DNA of 64,000 nt from Squalus acanthias (Eukaryota), in the NCBI GenBank assembly GCA_030390025.1, contig CM059431.1:103728001-103792000 (forward strand). Direction: 5' to 3'. The translations under genes and the position numbers were made by a program. Positions 62,887 to 64,000 of this stretch are shown here, piece after piece (the stretch's first letter is position 1; each line of letters begins with the position of its first letter). The notes beneath the pieces were generated by a model. That model did not search any database, was not told the DNA's origin, and worked only from the letters and a program-made list of their open reading frames with translations.

Positions 62887-63537
62887 ACATGGAGCGGTGC
62901 TCAGAATGCTGCACATGCAAAAGGAGGCTTTCGACACAAAGCTCCTTGAGGCACAGTTGAGTAAAATGCAGCTCTTTTGAGATTACAATAATCTTACAAT
63001 ACAAAATGGAGCATCGGAATGATACAGGCATTTATAATTTAGGAAGCATTTTAACCTTTCATTCCTGCCACAGACAATATTGGAGCCATTATTTTCATCT
63101 GTTTAGTAGATTTTGTTATGTTTGAATTGTCGTGTTTGGAGCTGCAATTGCACTTAGTGTGATTTGCCTTCATTAGGTTCTGAGGAAAGATCACACGTTG
63201 CAATAATAAATGTGTCAGCTCAGTTTACATGCTAGAAAACGTTTGTGTTTAGTTTACAATGTTGTTTAACATTTTAAAACTTTAGAAAAAGCGACTAGCA
63301 TGAAAAAAACAGCCACTGCATCTGGTGAGGTAAGGATTGAAAGAATGTCAATGCTTTTTTAATGGGATAGTTACTCTTCCTTCTTCCATAAGAGATTTAT
63401 ATCAATGCAGTGCCTTGGGACGTTTTACTACGTTAAAGGCGCTATATAAATGCAAGTTGTTGATGTTTACTGGAGCTGCCTGTCGATTGTACTTGGCTAA
63501 TGTTCTCTTCACTACTACAGTAGACTATGCAAACATG

Positions 63538-63805
63538 GGGCGGTTTTAACCCGACTCGCTCAGCAGAAACCTGGCGGGCGGGCAGTTAAAATCGCCCCGG
63601 CTCTTACCTGTCCGAAAGCCGCCAATGATCGCAGCATCTGCAATTTTAACCTGCTCTCCTGAGCAGGCAGCAAGGACACACGCCCGGAGCCAACAGGGTC
63701 CTTCTTTACATCTGCGCATTGAGGCCCGATGACATCATTGAGACCCGACTGTGATTTTAACTCAGGCCCGAGCGGGGGAATCCACCTAGAGTTAAAATCG
63801 GGGCC
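63538..63805. mobile_element. MITE-like element
   Basis: GGGGCGGTTTTAAC with inverted GTTAAAATCGCCCC and GTTAAAATCGGGGC; related to ~5560-5912. Confidence 0.5.
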
Positions 63806-64000
63806 ACATCATTTTCTTTTTAACTCTACTGCTAATCATTAAGACACTCTTTAGCTAGATGTTCGAGTTAGAGTTTAACACAGAGAGAACGCATGTCCAT
63901 ATTCTCCATATTCATTTTTCATTGTAAAAACAAGTTAAGGTAATGCGTTTATAATAATTAAATTGCAACCTGTCATTTCTGTCAGCCAGCCAGCCAGCAC

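Overview
Repeat-saturated vertebrate DNA. The repeat repertoire (Deu-domain SINEs, several CR1 families, L2, RTE, Tx1, Harbinger elements) suggests a cartilaginous fish; this is an inference. I recognised no host protein-coding exon. The main object is a 7.2-kb endogenous retrovirus on the minus strand (17291-24471), inserted into a CR1 LINE. It has ~99% identical LTRs, a tRNA-Ser primer-binding site, a polypurine tract, a two-knuckle NC/protease remnant, a small RT remnant, an integrase core and an open 327-aa gamma-type env. Unexpectedly, it also carries a decayed second membrane-glycoprotein C-terminus between the RT remnant and the integrase. The window also holds two solo LTRs with 4-bp TSDs, a complete but decayed two-gene Harbinger transposon plus several deleted relatives, hAT MITEs, hammerhead-like Penelope-type remnants, and two large C-rich pentamer arrays, one with a ~1419-bp higher-order duplication. 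The long Pro/Gly-rich ORFs at 7.3-13.1 kb and 41.5-42.2 kb are artefacts of such C-rich repeats. Boundaries of degraded SINE/LINE fragments are approximate and read by eye.
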